64,000 nucleotides of DNA, from contig OZ255842.1 in NCBI GenBank assembly GCA_965277805.1, positions 4,000,001 through 4,064,000 on the forward strand, in the 5' to 3' direction. This document shows, in pieces, positions 28,968 through 38,317 of this stretch; positions within the stretch are counted from its first letter, which is position 1; each line of letters opens with the position of its first letter. Below the pieces are notes generated by a model. That model had not been told where the DNA came from and did not search any database. It saw only the letters and a program-made list of their open reading frames with translations. The stretch is from Candidatus Lustribacter sp. Its GTDB lineage: Bacteria > Vulcanimicrobiota > Vulcanimicrobiia > Vulcanimicrobiales > Vulcanimicrobiaceae. The position numbers were made by a program, and so were the translations under genes.

Positions 28968-30232
28968 CTAATAACTTTGAGCGTCCGCGAGTCGCCGCAG
29001 TGCGAACAGTGCACGGCCTCTTCGTGAGAAATTCTCGGCACGGAGTTCATAGATTGGTCGTCCCTGCTGATCTTGAGCCGCGCTCTCCGTCATTCCAAAT
29101 AATTCGCAGAGCCGTTTACCCTCGGACGTCCAGCCGACGGCGGCGATTTTCGTGACGCGAATTTGGCACTCACGAACGAGGTCTATCAATTGATTGATCG
29201 CGGCCTGCATCAAGTGCTCAAACGCACCTTGGAATGCGCCGTCGCGAACGTTCCGTGCTACCGGATCGATAACAATCGACATGACGTAGAGTTGGAGATC
29301 CCCACCTTGCTGGTATGGCACGATATCGAAATCTCTGATTTTGCTGTCGTCCTGCTCGCCTCGAAGAATTGCGTCGTAGGTGGCAGCTTTCACCGGCATG
29401 AGATTCACATAACCCAGAACATGATCCGGAGAGCCCCTCTCAAGTAGGAACACGTAAATTGCGGGATTTACCTTCACCCAGTCCAGGGCAACACCACGCT
29501 CTATTAGCTCGTGCTCTTTGGCCACGCCATCAGCCAGATAGCACTTGAGGTCGAGTTCATGGCACTTATTCAATAACTCTTCGAAGCGTTCGTACGAATC
29601 GATGTCGCGACCCAATAGTATCTCAAAATTGTACCGGTTCTGGTTGAGAAATGGTAACCATTGATGTTCTATGGAGTCGAGCCCGTAATAGTCACCATGC
29701 TCGTACTCGGAGAACGGATGCTCTTCGAGCAGCGATGACTTAAACGAGAATCCCTCCGCACCGCTCGCTCCCGTATGCGGGACGGCCAGATTGACGAGTC
29801 TCACCCAGTTATCGCGGTCGCCGGTATCATTGCGAATGAGGCATACCTGATTTCGCCCGATGAGTTGACCCCAGTTGAAATCGCTCGGCAGAATGCTGCC
29901 GCATAAAGAATTTTATCGAACTTGATATCGCGATATTTCAACATCGCGTTACCCACCACGTAGGTGCCGAAACTATGAGCGACTATGGAGGGTCGAGCGC
30001 CGCTCCTAAGTGCTTTCGATCGCTCAAAATACCACGTCGCGAACGACTCGACGATTTTTACCCGTTGCCGCGGCAACAGGAACTTGACTAAACCGAAGTT
30101 GCCGAAATCGAATGAAGCAGTCGCAATGCCGTCAGCACTGAGGACGTCCCCAAGTCCCTTTTGCCAAGCGCCGCGAGTTCGGATCCCATGGATTGACATC
30201 ACCAGCGGGCGGCTTTGATAAATCATGATCAC
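28968..30232 (-). pseudogene. Lower-GC alpha/beta-hydrolase + GNAT-like fusion split by a 1-nt frameshift near 29905-29907
   Basis: HGIRTRGAWQ...AHSFG...FDKIL continues in another frame as CGSILPSDFNW...DRDNWVRL into the 278-aa ORF. Confidence 0.75.
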
Positions 30233-30294
30233 CCATAGATCAGGCTTTACCGATGGGTCGTTTGCTTCTGCCTAGACGGCGCCGGCCCGAGCCG

Positions 30295-31590
30295 TTAGGC
30301 TAGGACCGGTTCGGCTGCTTTTTCTCGTGCCTGATTGTATTCTTCGAATACCTTGATCAGGTCGGGGATGAATGGCGAGAACTGCACTTGCGTACGGCGG
30401 ATTTGGCTCTCAAAACCATCGCTGAAGTGCGCTTTGTTCTTTTCGACCGGGATATCGAGCGCGTTGTTCTCGGCGGGATCGCGGATCACGCCGATCGGGT
30501 CTTCACCGCGCGCGACCTTGGCCATTTCGCGTTGCAGCATCTTGCGGAATTGGATGACGCCGGTGTCGGTCGTGCCGAGCTTCTCGAGATGGCGCAGTGC
30601 GATCGGGCCTTGCGTGACCCACGCCATCACGTCTTGCGCGTCGATGATGTCGAGCCGGAACTCGCCCTGCTTGTCGCGATACGGGAAATCATAGAGCGGA
30701 ACGCGATCGAGCAGCTTTTGCGGCACTTGCATGCCTTCGGGCGGTTCGTAGGCGATGTACCAGTAGTGCATCGACGTCGTATCGTCGAGCGGCACGCGCA
30801 TTTGATATGCGTGGAACTTCCAGACTTTGCCGCCGCCGCTGCCGACCGCGAGAATATTCGGGAAGAGCACCGGGTGCCCGACGCGCCAATCGTCTGAATC
30901 TTCCGATGCGCCCTCGAGCAAACGGCGCTTGTAGATGCCGTACTTGAATTCTTGAAACGCGATCTTGAGGTGCTTGCGCGAGATCTGATAGTGCGTGCCG
31001 GCGAAGCCGCTCTTCTCTTCAACGAACTCTTGCAATTTGCCGTGCAGCCACTCGGTGTGCACGGGGTCGAGCGAGTTCTCCATGATCTGCAGCCAATTGC
31101 ACGGAATGATGGCCTGACCGATTTGGCGGATGGCGCCGTCGACGACGAAACCGGGCCAGCGCGGCAAGAGCGGCGCGGGTAACGGACCCATGTATGCAAA
31201 GATCAATCCGCCGAGCGCTTGCACGGGATAACCGGTGGTCGCGGTCTTCTCTTTGAACGTGCTGCCGTCGGGTTCGTTGGGATGATTGATGCACGCCCCT
31301 GAGGCGTCGAACTGCCAGCCGTGATAGGGACAGCGAATGCCGACTTCTTGCGGGATGCCGTAGGCCAGCGATGCGCGCCGGTGCGGGCAGAACTCCGCGA
31401 CGAGGCCCAGCACGCCGCTGCGATCGCGGAACAGCACGAGATCCTCGCCGAGCAGGCGGACGCGCTTGGTCCAGGCGTCTTTCAGCTCCTCAACGGCGGC
31501 AATCGGATGCCAGTACCGGCGCTGGAGTTCGCCCATCGGCGTTCCCGGGCCGACCAGCGTGAGGTGCGTGTTTTCAAGCTCGCTAAGCAT
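30295..31590 (-). CDS. Rieske oxygenase/O-demethylase alpha subunit (LigXa-like)
   Basis: CPHRRASL, CPYHGW, ENSLDPVHTEWLHG, QDVMAWVTQG. Confidence 0.92.
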   Translation of the reverse strand: MLSELENTHLTLVGPGTPMGELQRRYWHPIAAVEELKDAWTKRVRLLGEDLVLFRDRSGVLGLVAEFCPHRRASLAYGIPQEVGIRCPYHGWQFDASGACINHPNEPDGSTFKEKTATTGYPVQALGGLIFAYMGPLPAPLLPRWPGFVVDGAIRQIGQAIIPCNWLQIMENSLDPVHTEWLHGKLQEFVEEKSGFAGTHYQISRKHLKIAFQEFKYGIYKRRLLEGASEDSDDWRVGHPVLFPNILAVGSGGGKVWKFHAYQMRVPLDDTTSMHYWYIAYEPPEGMQVPQKLLDRVPLYDFPYRDKQGEFRLDIIDAQDVMAWVTQGPIALRHLEKLGTTDTGVIQFRKMLQREMAKVARGEDPIGVIRDPAENNALDIPVEKNKAHFSDGFESQIRRTQVQFSPFIPDLIKVFEEYNQAREKAAEPVLA

Positions 31591-31628
31591 GGCATGTACC
31601 GTTCGGCGGCTGGCCGAAATCCCCTCAG

Positions 31629-32573
31629 ATGATCGATCGGCGGCCCGTGCGTGCCATTGCCGTGAGCGTCCTTTGCTTCGCGCTTGCGCCGGCGCCGGGC
31701 GTTGCGCAGCAGTCTTACCATTTGCGCGTCGGCACCGCGCCGGTAGAAGTCGGGGCGCTCGCGTTCTACGCAGCCGACCAAGGATTCTTCAAAAAAGCCG
31801 GCCTCGACGTCGAGCTCGTCGCGATGGCGAACGGTCCGGCGATCGCGGCCGCGGTCGCCTCGGGCACGCTCGACGCCGGATCCGCGAACGCGCTTTCGAT
31901 CGCGCTCGCGCACGAGCGCGGCCTGAACTTCGTCTACGTTTGCCCCGGCGGCGCATACACGAGTGCCGTACCGACGGCCGGCCTCGTGGTCGCCAAAACG
32001 TCGAGCGTGCAGAGCGCCAAGGATCTCAGCGGAAAGACGATCGCCGTCGCGACGCTCGGCAGCATCGGTGAAATCGCCACGCGCGCGTGGCTCGATCAGA
32101 ACGGCGTTGCCGCCGGCAGCGTGAAGTTCGTCGAAATGCCGTACAGCTCGATGGAAACGGCGCTCACGTCCGGCCGCGTCGATGCGGCGACGATGGAAGA
32201 GCCGGCGCTCGACCGGATGCTGGTCGTCGACACGCGGCTGATCGCGCCCGTGTATGACGCGATCAGCAAAGACTTCGCCGAAGGCGGCTATTTTGCAACG
32301 GCGGATTTCGTCAAGACGCACCTCGACCTGATGCGCCGCTTCAACGCCGTGATCACCGCGACGGCGCGCTGGGCAAATGCCAACCAGAGCACGACCGCGC
32401 GAATCCTGACCAAGTATACCGGCATCGCAACGGACGATCTCAAGCACCGCGTGCGTTATCACGACACGCTCGATCCCGCCCGCGTCCAGCCGCTCATCGA
32501 TGCGGCCGCGAAGTACGGCGCGCTCAAAGCCACCTTTCCGGCCTCGCTCATCATCGCGCAAGGAGTTCAATGA
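31629..32573 (+). CDS. NMT1/SsuA-type substrate-binding protein
   Basis: Signal peptide; GFFKKAGLDVE, KDLSGKTIAV. Confidence 0.9.
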   Translation: MIDRRPVRAIAVSVLCFALAPAPGVAQQSYHLRVGTAPVEVGALAFYAADQGFFKKAGLDVELVAMANGPAIAAAVASGTLDAGSANALSIALAHERGLNFVYVCPGGAYTSAVPTAGLVVAKTSSVQSAKDLSGKTIAVATLGSIGEIATRAWLDQNGVAAGSVKFVEMPYSSMETALTSGRVDAATMEEPALDRMLVVDTRLIAPVYDAISKDFAEGGYFATADFVKTHLDLMRRFNAVITATARWANANQSTTARILTKYTGIATDDLKHRVRYHDTLDPARVQPLIDAAAKYGALKATFPASLIIAQGVQ

Positions 32574-33505
32574 ACGCTTTTCGTTTTATCAGCGCACTCG
32601 TACTCTGCGCGCTGATCGCGCCGCTCCCGAGTCGCGCGCAAACGGCGCCCGATCGTCTGCGCGTCGGCGCCGCGCCCGTTGAAGTCGGAGCGCTCGTCTA
32701 CTACGCGCAGGACGAGGGCTTCTTCAAGAAAGCGAACCTCGACATCGAGATCGTCGCGGCCGCGAACGGGCCGGCGATCGCCGCGGCCGTCGCGTCGGGC
32801 ACGGTCGACGTCGGTTCGGGCAACGCGCTCTCGATCGCACAAGCCCACGAGAAGGGCTTGAACTTCGTCTACGTCGCACCGGCCGGCGCGTACACGACCG
32901 CCTCGCCGACGGCGGCCTGCGTCGTTGCCAAAGCATCGCCCGTGCGCACCGCCAAGGACTTGAACGGCAAGACCATCGCCGTGGCCACGCTCGGCAGCCT
33001 CGGTGAGATCTCGATGCGCGCGTGGCTCGATCAGAACGGCGCCGATCTCTCGACGATCAAGTTCGTCGAGATGCCCTACAGTGCGATGGATACGGCGATC
33101 GTCGCAGGCCGCGTCGAAGCTGCCGCGATGGAAGAGCCCGCGCTCGACAAGCTGCTCGCAACCGACGGCCGCATGCTGGCGCACTGCTACGATGCGATCG
33201 CGAAGGACTTCTCAGAGGGCGGCTATTTCGCCACCGCCGACTACGTCAAAGCGCACCTCGACGTGATGCGGCGCTTCGCCGCGGTTATGACACAGACGGC
33301 GCGCTGGGCCAACGCCAACCAGCCCATCACGGCGAAGATTCTCGAGAAATACACCGGCGTCGCGATCGCCGATCAAGCGCATCGCGTGTACTATCACGAC
33401 AAACTCGATGCGACGAAAATTCAGCCGCTGGTGAACGCCGCGGCGAAATACGGCACGCTCAAGGCCGTCTTCCCCGCTTCCGAGATCATGGCTCAGGGAC
33501 TCTAA
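32570..33505 (+). CDS. NMT1/SsuA-type substrate-binding protein, tandem paralog
   Basis: Long blocks identical to preceding gene (NGPAIAAAVASGT, AWLDQNG, KFVEMPYS). Confidence 0.9.
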   Translation: MNAFRFISALVLCALIAPLPSRAQTAPDRLRVGAAPVEVGALVYYAQDEGFFKKANLDIEIVAAANGPAIAAAVASGTVDVGSGNALSIAQAHEKGLNFVYVAPAGAYTTASPTAACVVAKASPVRTAKDLNGKTIAVATLGSLGEISMRAWLDQNGADLSTIKFVEMPYSAMDTAIVAGRVEAAAMEEPALDKLLATDGRMLAHCYDAIAKDFSEGGYFATADYVKAHLDVMRRFAAVMTQTARWANANQPITAKILEKYTGVAIADQAHRVYYHDKLDATKIQPLVNAAAKYGTLKAVFPASEIMAQGL

Positions 33506-35104
33506 ATGCGCTTCTTCGCTCTGCTCGCGGTTCTCGCCGCGCTCGGCGCTGCACCGAATTCGGGCAACGCGCCGGTCGGTGCGGCCGCACCGCCGCTGCA
33601 CGTCACCACGCTGAGCGGAACGCCGCTGAATCCAACCGCCACCGCGGGCAAAGTCACGGTGCTGAATTTCTGGGCCACCTGGTGTCCGCCGTGCCGCGCC
33701 GAGACGCCCGACATGAACGCGGCGTACCGCAAACTGCACGCGCCCGACGTCGCGTTCCTCGGCATCGACACGACCGAAACCGCGCCGATCATCAAGACGT
33801 TTCTCTCCGCGAAGGGCGTGCCATATCCGTCCGCGCTGGCCGGCCCCGACGTCTATAACGGCTTCGGCATCGCGTACATCCCCACCACGATCGTGCTCGA
33901 TGCGCACGGCATCGTTCGAGCGCGCTGGGTCGGCGGGATCGAACCGAAGCAGCTCGCGTCGTATATTGCCGCCGCGCGCGCGGGCCGCAACGCCGTCTTT
34001 TCGTCGCCCCAGCAAACGCTGATCGACGCCGAGCTCAACCCGGCCCGCTACAATTTCAGCGGTACCGCCGCGCAACGAAACGCCGTGCTCGCAGCGGCGC
34101 AGAAAGCGATGGCGCGCGCCGAAGCGGCCGAAGACAAGAATCAAGCGATGGTCGACGACGAGAAAACGCAACGCGAAGAGGGCCTGCTGCGCATCGCTGC
34201 CGGCACCGCGCTCCGTAATGCGGCAACGACGCCCGCGCAGAAGGCGGCCGCGCTGGCGCTGCTTGCGCACGGGCTAGGCGATCTCAACCGCTGGGCGGAT
34301 GCGGCGGACACCGACCGCGCCGCACTCAAGCTCGTGCCGGGCAATCCGTCGCTCACCGCGATGCTCTCGCGCGCCTACTACCGCCTCCACGATTATCCGG
34401 CGATGATCGAGCAAGCGAAGCGCTACGTGACCTTGCGGCCGAACGACGGCGACGGCTGGTCGGACCTCGGTCTTGCATATCAGCGCACGCAGCAATTCGA
34501 AGCCGCCGTTCCGGCGTACGTCCGTTCGCTCGCGCTGTTGCGCGCGGCAGCGGCCAAAGCGCCGACCCAGGACAACATCGCCGACGTCGCCGACACGTCG
34601 CTCGACTTGGCGAACGTCTACGTGTCGCTCGGCGACGTGAAGAACACGCGCGCGACGTTCGCGCAAGCGAACGCCTACGGCGATCGTCTCGACCCCAAGG
34701 GCCGTTATCCCGAACTGAAACGCAATATCAAAGAACGCACGCAAGAAGGGCTGATCGCGGTGGCGCTCGCCGGCGGCAACGGCAAACCGGTGCTCTCGGT
34801 TGCACCCTGGACGGGTCCCGATCTACCGGGCAGCGTTGCCTCGACGCTCAAATATCGCTTGATCGTTGCGGCCGCCGGCGATTCCGCGGTCACGCTGCAC
34901 GCCAACGGTTTGGCGCGCGACTGGGTCGGATCGTTCTGCGCCGACGGATTGTGCTCGCCGCAGCAAGTCTCGTTCCACACGCCGCCGACCGGCGTGAAGA
35001 CGTACGAATTCCAACTCGTCCCGCCGTCTCCGGGCGCGCACCCGGGCGACGTCACGATCAGCGCGGCCGGCGGCAACACCGTTACCGTTCCCACCACGCA
35101 TTGA
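33506..35104 (+). CDS. TlpA/ResA-like thiol-disulfide oxidoreductase fused to TPR region and C-terminal Cys-pair domain
   Basis: NFWATWCPPCRAE; TPR-like helices; WVGSFCADGLCSP. Confidence 0.85.
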   Translation: MRFFALLAVLAALGAAPNSGNAPVGAAAPPLHVTTLSGTPLNPTATAGKVTVLNFWATWCPPCRAETPDMNAAYRKLHAPDVAFLGIDTTETAPIIKTFLSAKGVPYPSALAGPDVYNGFGIAYIPTTIVLDAHGIVRARWVGGIEPKQLASYIAAARAGRNAVFSSPQQTLIDAELNPARYNFSGTAAQRNAVLAAAQKAMARAEAAEDKNQAMVDDEKTQREEGLLRIAAGTALRNAATTPAQKAAALALLAHGLGDLNRWADAADTDRAALKLVPGNPSLTAMLSRAYYRLHDYPAMIEQAKRYVTLRPNDGDGWSDLGLAYQRTQQFEAAVPAYVRSLALLRAAAAKAPTQDNIADVADTSLDLANVYVSLGDVKNTRATFAQANAYGDRLDPKGRYPELKRNIKERTQEGLIAVALAGGNGKPVLSVAPWTGPDLPGSVASTLKYRLIVAAAGDSAVTLHANGLARDWVGSFCADGLCSPQQVSFHTPPTGVKTYEFQLVPPSPGAHPGDVTISAAGGNTVTVPTTH

Positions 35105-36645
35105 GGCTGTCCCTCGACAAGCTCGGGATGACACTGGCAAGCGCGCTGCTGGTGGTCATGCTCGCCTCCTTCGCGGCCGTGCGCGCCGACGATACGTCGA
35201 CGCCGGCGCCCGCGCGCGCGGCGCGCACCGTCGTGACGCACCATACGATGCACCTTGCCAACGGTGATGCCCTCGCCTACACCGCGACCACCGGCACGCT
35301 GACGCTGCGCGACGACAAGAACGAACCGACCGCCAACGTCTTCTATGTGGCCTACACCACCGGCGATCGCAAACGTCCGGTCACGTTTCTGTACAACGGC
35401 GGGCCGGGCTCGGCGTCGCTCTGGCTGCACATCGGAGCGTTCGGTCCGCGCCGCATCGTGATGGCCGACAAGACGTTCGGCGCACCGGTTTCCGGTCAGC
35501 TCGCCGACAATCCGTCCACGCTGCTCGACACGAGCGATCTCGTGTTCATCGACCCGGTCGGTACCGGCTACAGCTCGGCCACCGGCAAGAGCGCCGACAA
35601 AGATTTCTGGGGCGTCGATGAAGACATCCGCGCGTTCAGCCAGTTCATCCGGCGCTGGATCGCCGCCAACGACCGCGCCAACAGCCCGAAGTTCTTGCTC
35701 GGCGAAAGCTACGGCACGTTTCGCAGCGCCGGGCTCGTCGATCAACTCCAAAAAGACGGCGTCGCGTTCAACGGCGTGATCCTCGTCTCATCGCTGCTCG
35801 ACTACGCCGACGACTTCGGCAATCCGGGCGATGAGAACGTGCCCGATGCGTTCGCGATCCCGTCGGAAGCCGCGGTCGCGTGGTATCACAAGAAAGTCCC
35901 GAACCCGCCCGCCGACGTGCAAACGTTCATCGATGCCGCGCGCAAATTCACGAGCGACGTGTACCTGCCCGCGATCATGCGCCCTCCCACTGTCACCCCG
36001 AGCTTGTCGAGGGGCAGCGACGACGCTGCACTCGCAGAGCAACTGCACAATTTCATCGGACTCGATACGGATTATCTGCAGCGCGCGAACGCGCGCATTT
36101 CGACGGCGCGCTTTGAAAGCGAACTGTTGCGTTCCGACGGCAAGATCCTCGGGCGCTACGATGGGCGCTTCGCCGGAACCGCGATGGACCGCAATCGCGG
36201 CACGCCCGAATTCGACCCGTCGTACGAAGCCGTGGCCCCGGCCTTCATCACCACGTTCACGGCGTATGCGAAGTCGGAGCTGAACTGGACGACCGACCGG
36301 ATGTACCGCGCGCTGCCGTCCGAAGTCGTCAACAGCTGGAACTTCAAGCGGCGCGGCTTCTTCGGGCGAGTGCTCGCGCCGACGGTGATCCCCGATCTGC
36401 GCGAGGCGATGCACACGAACCCGAACCTGCGCGTCTTCGCGGCCAACGGGCTCTTCGATCTCGCGACGCCCTTCTACACCACCGAGTACGAGCTGGGCCA
36501 GGTGGGCCTGGACCCCGCGGTCCGCGCGAGGATCTCGCTCGGTTACTATCCATCCGGCCACATGATCTACCTCAACGACGACGCGCTCCGCGCGCTGCGC
36601 GCCGATCTCAGCCGGTTCTATGCAACCGCCGTCACAGCGCATTAG
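35101..36645 (+). CDS. Serine carboxypeptidase, family S10 (start TTG 35101 or ATG 35128)
   Basis: YNGGPGSAS, FIDPVGTGYS, GESYG, DLATP, YPSGHMIY. Confidence 0.93.
   Translation: MRLSLDKLGMTLASALLVVMLASFAAVRADDTSTPAPARAARTVVTHHTMHLANGDALAYTATTGTLTLRDDKNEPTANVFYVAYTTGDRKRPVTFLYNGGPGSASLWLHIGAFGPRRIVMADKTFGAPVSGQLADNPSTLLDTSDLVFIDPVGTGYSSATGKSADKDFWGVDEDIRAFSQFIRRWIAANDRANSPKFLLGESYGTFRSAGLVDQLQKDGVAFNGVILVSSLLDYADDFGNPGDENVPDAFAIPSEAAVAWYHKKVPNPPADVQTFIDAARKFTSDVYLPAIMRPPTVTPSLSRGSDDAALAEQLHNFIGLDTDYLQRANARISTARFESELLRSDGKILGRYDGRFAGTAMDRNRGTPEFDPSYEAVAPAFITTFTAYAKSELNWTTDRMYRALPSEVVNSWNFKRRGFFGRVLAPTVIPDLREAMHTNPNLRVFAANGLFDLATPFYTTEYELGQVGLDPAVRARISLGYYPSGHMIYLNDDALRALRADLSRFYATAVTAH
35109..35134 (+). 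repeat. REP-like repeat copy 2, at the S10 peptidase start
   Basis: Identical to 12888-12913. Confidence 0.85.
35990..36015 (-). repeat. REP-like repeat copy 3, inverted, inside S10 peptidase CDS
   Basis: CTGTCACCCCGAGCTTGTCGAGGGGC, 23/26 match to the reverse complement; reads VTPSLSRG. Confidence 0.8.
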
Positions 36646-36683
36646 CACAGGCGAACCGTTTGGGGCACCCGAAACACGGGCCG

Positions 36684-37154
36684 GTGAGGTTCCGCGCCGC
36701 CGCGCTTGCGCTTGTCCTCGGCTCACTCCTTGGGTGTAGCCAGGGCGGCTTTTTGCCCGGCGGTCCGCATGCGTTGCCGGCCGGCCAATTGAGCTCGCTC
36801 GTCGACTCGACCGCGCACGAGTTCGGCGTGAAGCCCGCGCTCGTCTACGCCGTCATCGACGCCGAGTCGCACGGCGACCCGGCCGCGATCAGCCGCGCCG
36901 GCGCGATGGGGATCATGCAGCTGATGCCGGCGACCAGCACGCAGTACGGCGTGAGCAACCCGTTCGACCCGCAGTCGAACATCAACGGCGGCGTGCACTA
37001 TCTGCACGACCTGCTGCATCGCTATCACGGCGACGTGTCGTACGCGCTCGCGGCCTACAACGCCGGTCCCGGACTCGTCGACGCCATGCACGGTATTCCG
37101 GCGATTCCCGAAACGCGCTCCTACGTGGCGCGCATCACCGCCGCCCTGCGCTAA
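36684..37154 (+). CDS. Lytic transglycosylase (SLT), probable lipoprotein
   Basis: LLGC lipobox; AES, GAMGIMQLMP, AAYNAG. Confidence 0.92.
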   Translation: MRFRAAALALVLGSLLGCSQGGFLPGGPHALPAGQLSSLVDSTAHEFGVKPALVYAVIDAESHGDPAAISRAGAMGIMQLMPATSTQYGVSNPFDPQSNINGGVHYLHDLLHRYHGDVSYALAAYNAGPGLVDAMHGIPAIPETRSYVARITAALR

Positions 37155-38317
37155 TGGCGGTCGCTCCGAGCCTCGATCGCGGCACGCTCGTCCGTAGCCT
37201 GCGCCCGCGGTTCCGTCTGCCGATCCTCGATGCGTACATCATGCGCGAGCTCGTCGGGCCGTTCGCGTTCGGGCTCGGCGCCGTGTACGTCTTCTGGTTT
37301 GCGAACATTTTCGTGCTCGCGGCCGACTACCTGATCAACAAGGGCGCACCGGTCTTCCTCATCCTGCGCTTCCTGATCGCGCGCATGCCCCAAGCGACGC
37401 CGATGGCGTTCCCGTTTGCCTGCTTGTTCGGTGCCCTGCTGGCGTTCGGTCGCCTGGCCGCCGACAACGAGATCACGGCACTGCGCACGTCCGGCGTTTC
37501 GTTCATGCGCATTTGCCGCACGCCGCTCTTGCTCGGCATCGGGATGTTCCTCGTCTCGTTCGCGGTGAACGAGAAGATCGCACCCGGGGCGGTCGATGTC
37601 TCGACGCGCACGTTCTATCAGATCATCTATCGCACGGCGACGCTGCCGATCGAACCGCACATCTTCCGCACCGACCCCGCCACCGGCAAAACATTTTACA
37701 TCGACTCGGTCGACGCCGACGGCAAGACGATGAACAACGTCATGATCTTCGAGCAGGGCAAAGGCACGCCGTTTCTCGACGTGACGACCGCGCGCAAAGC
37801 GACGATCGAAAGCGGTCTCATCGTTTTACAAGGCGCAATCCAGACTCGCGTGTTACCCAATGGAACTGTGCAGGCGCTGACGATCGCGGCGCGCGATATC
37901 ACCGTTCCCTTACCGCTGGGTGACAGCGGTGAGAAGTTCCTCAGCCAAGCGTATAACGATCCCTACGCGATGGATGCCAAACGCCTGAGCGACCAAATTG
38001 CGTTTCGCAAGCTGACCGGCACCGGCGGCGCGGATCTGGCCGGGCTCGAGATTACGCTCGCGCAGAAATACGCGCTGCCGTTCGCGTCGTTCATCGCGGT
38101 ATTGATCGCGCTGCCGCTGGCGGTGCGCTTCGGCAAGAAAGGCCGCACGCTCGGCATCGCGCTCTCGGTCGTCGTGCTGTTCATCTATTACATCTTGGGC
38201 GCGGTCGGGGCCGCGTTCGGGAAGAACGGTGCGATCACGCCTTGGATCGCCGTCTGGCTGCCCAACATCATCGTGGCCGCGGGCGGCGGCTATTTGATCC
38301 TCAAAGAAGACCGGTAG
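37154..38317 (+). CDS. LptF/LptG-family LPS export permease
   Basis: ILDAYIMRE, GRLAADNEITALRTSGVS, AVWLPN. Confidence 0.92.
   Translation: MAVAPSLDRGTLVRSLRPRFRLPILDAYIMRELVGPFAFGLGAVYVFWFANIFVLAADYLINKGAPVFLILRFLIARMPQATPMAFPFACLFGALLAFGRLAADNEITALRTSGVSFMRICRTPLLLGIGMFLVSFAVNEKIAPGAVDVSTRTFYQIIYRTATLPIEPHIFRTDPATGKTFYIDSVDADGKTMNNVMIFEQGKGTPFLDVTTARKATIESGLIVLQGAIQTRVLPNGTVQALTIAARDITVPLPLGDSGEKFLSQAYNDPYAMDAKRLSDQIAFRKLTGTGGADLAGLEITLAQKYALPFASFIAVLIALPLAVRFGKKGRTLGIALSVVVLFIYYILGAVGAAFGKNGAITPWIAVWLPNIIVAAGGGYLILKEDR

Noticed and set aside
28922-30294. Insertion sequence or prophage remnant
   Set aside because: No transposase/integrase, terminal inverted repeats or target duplication seen
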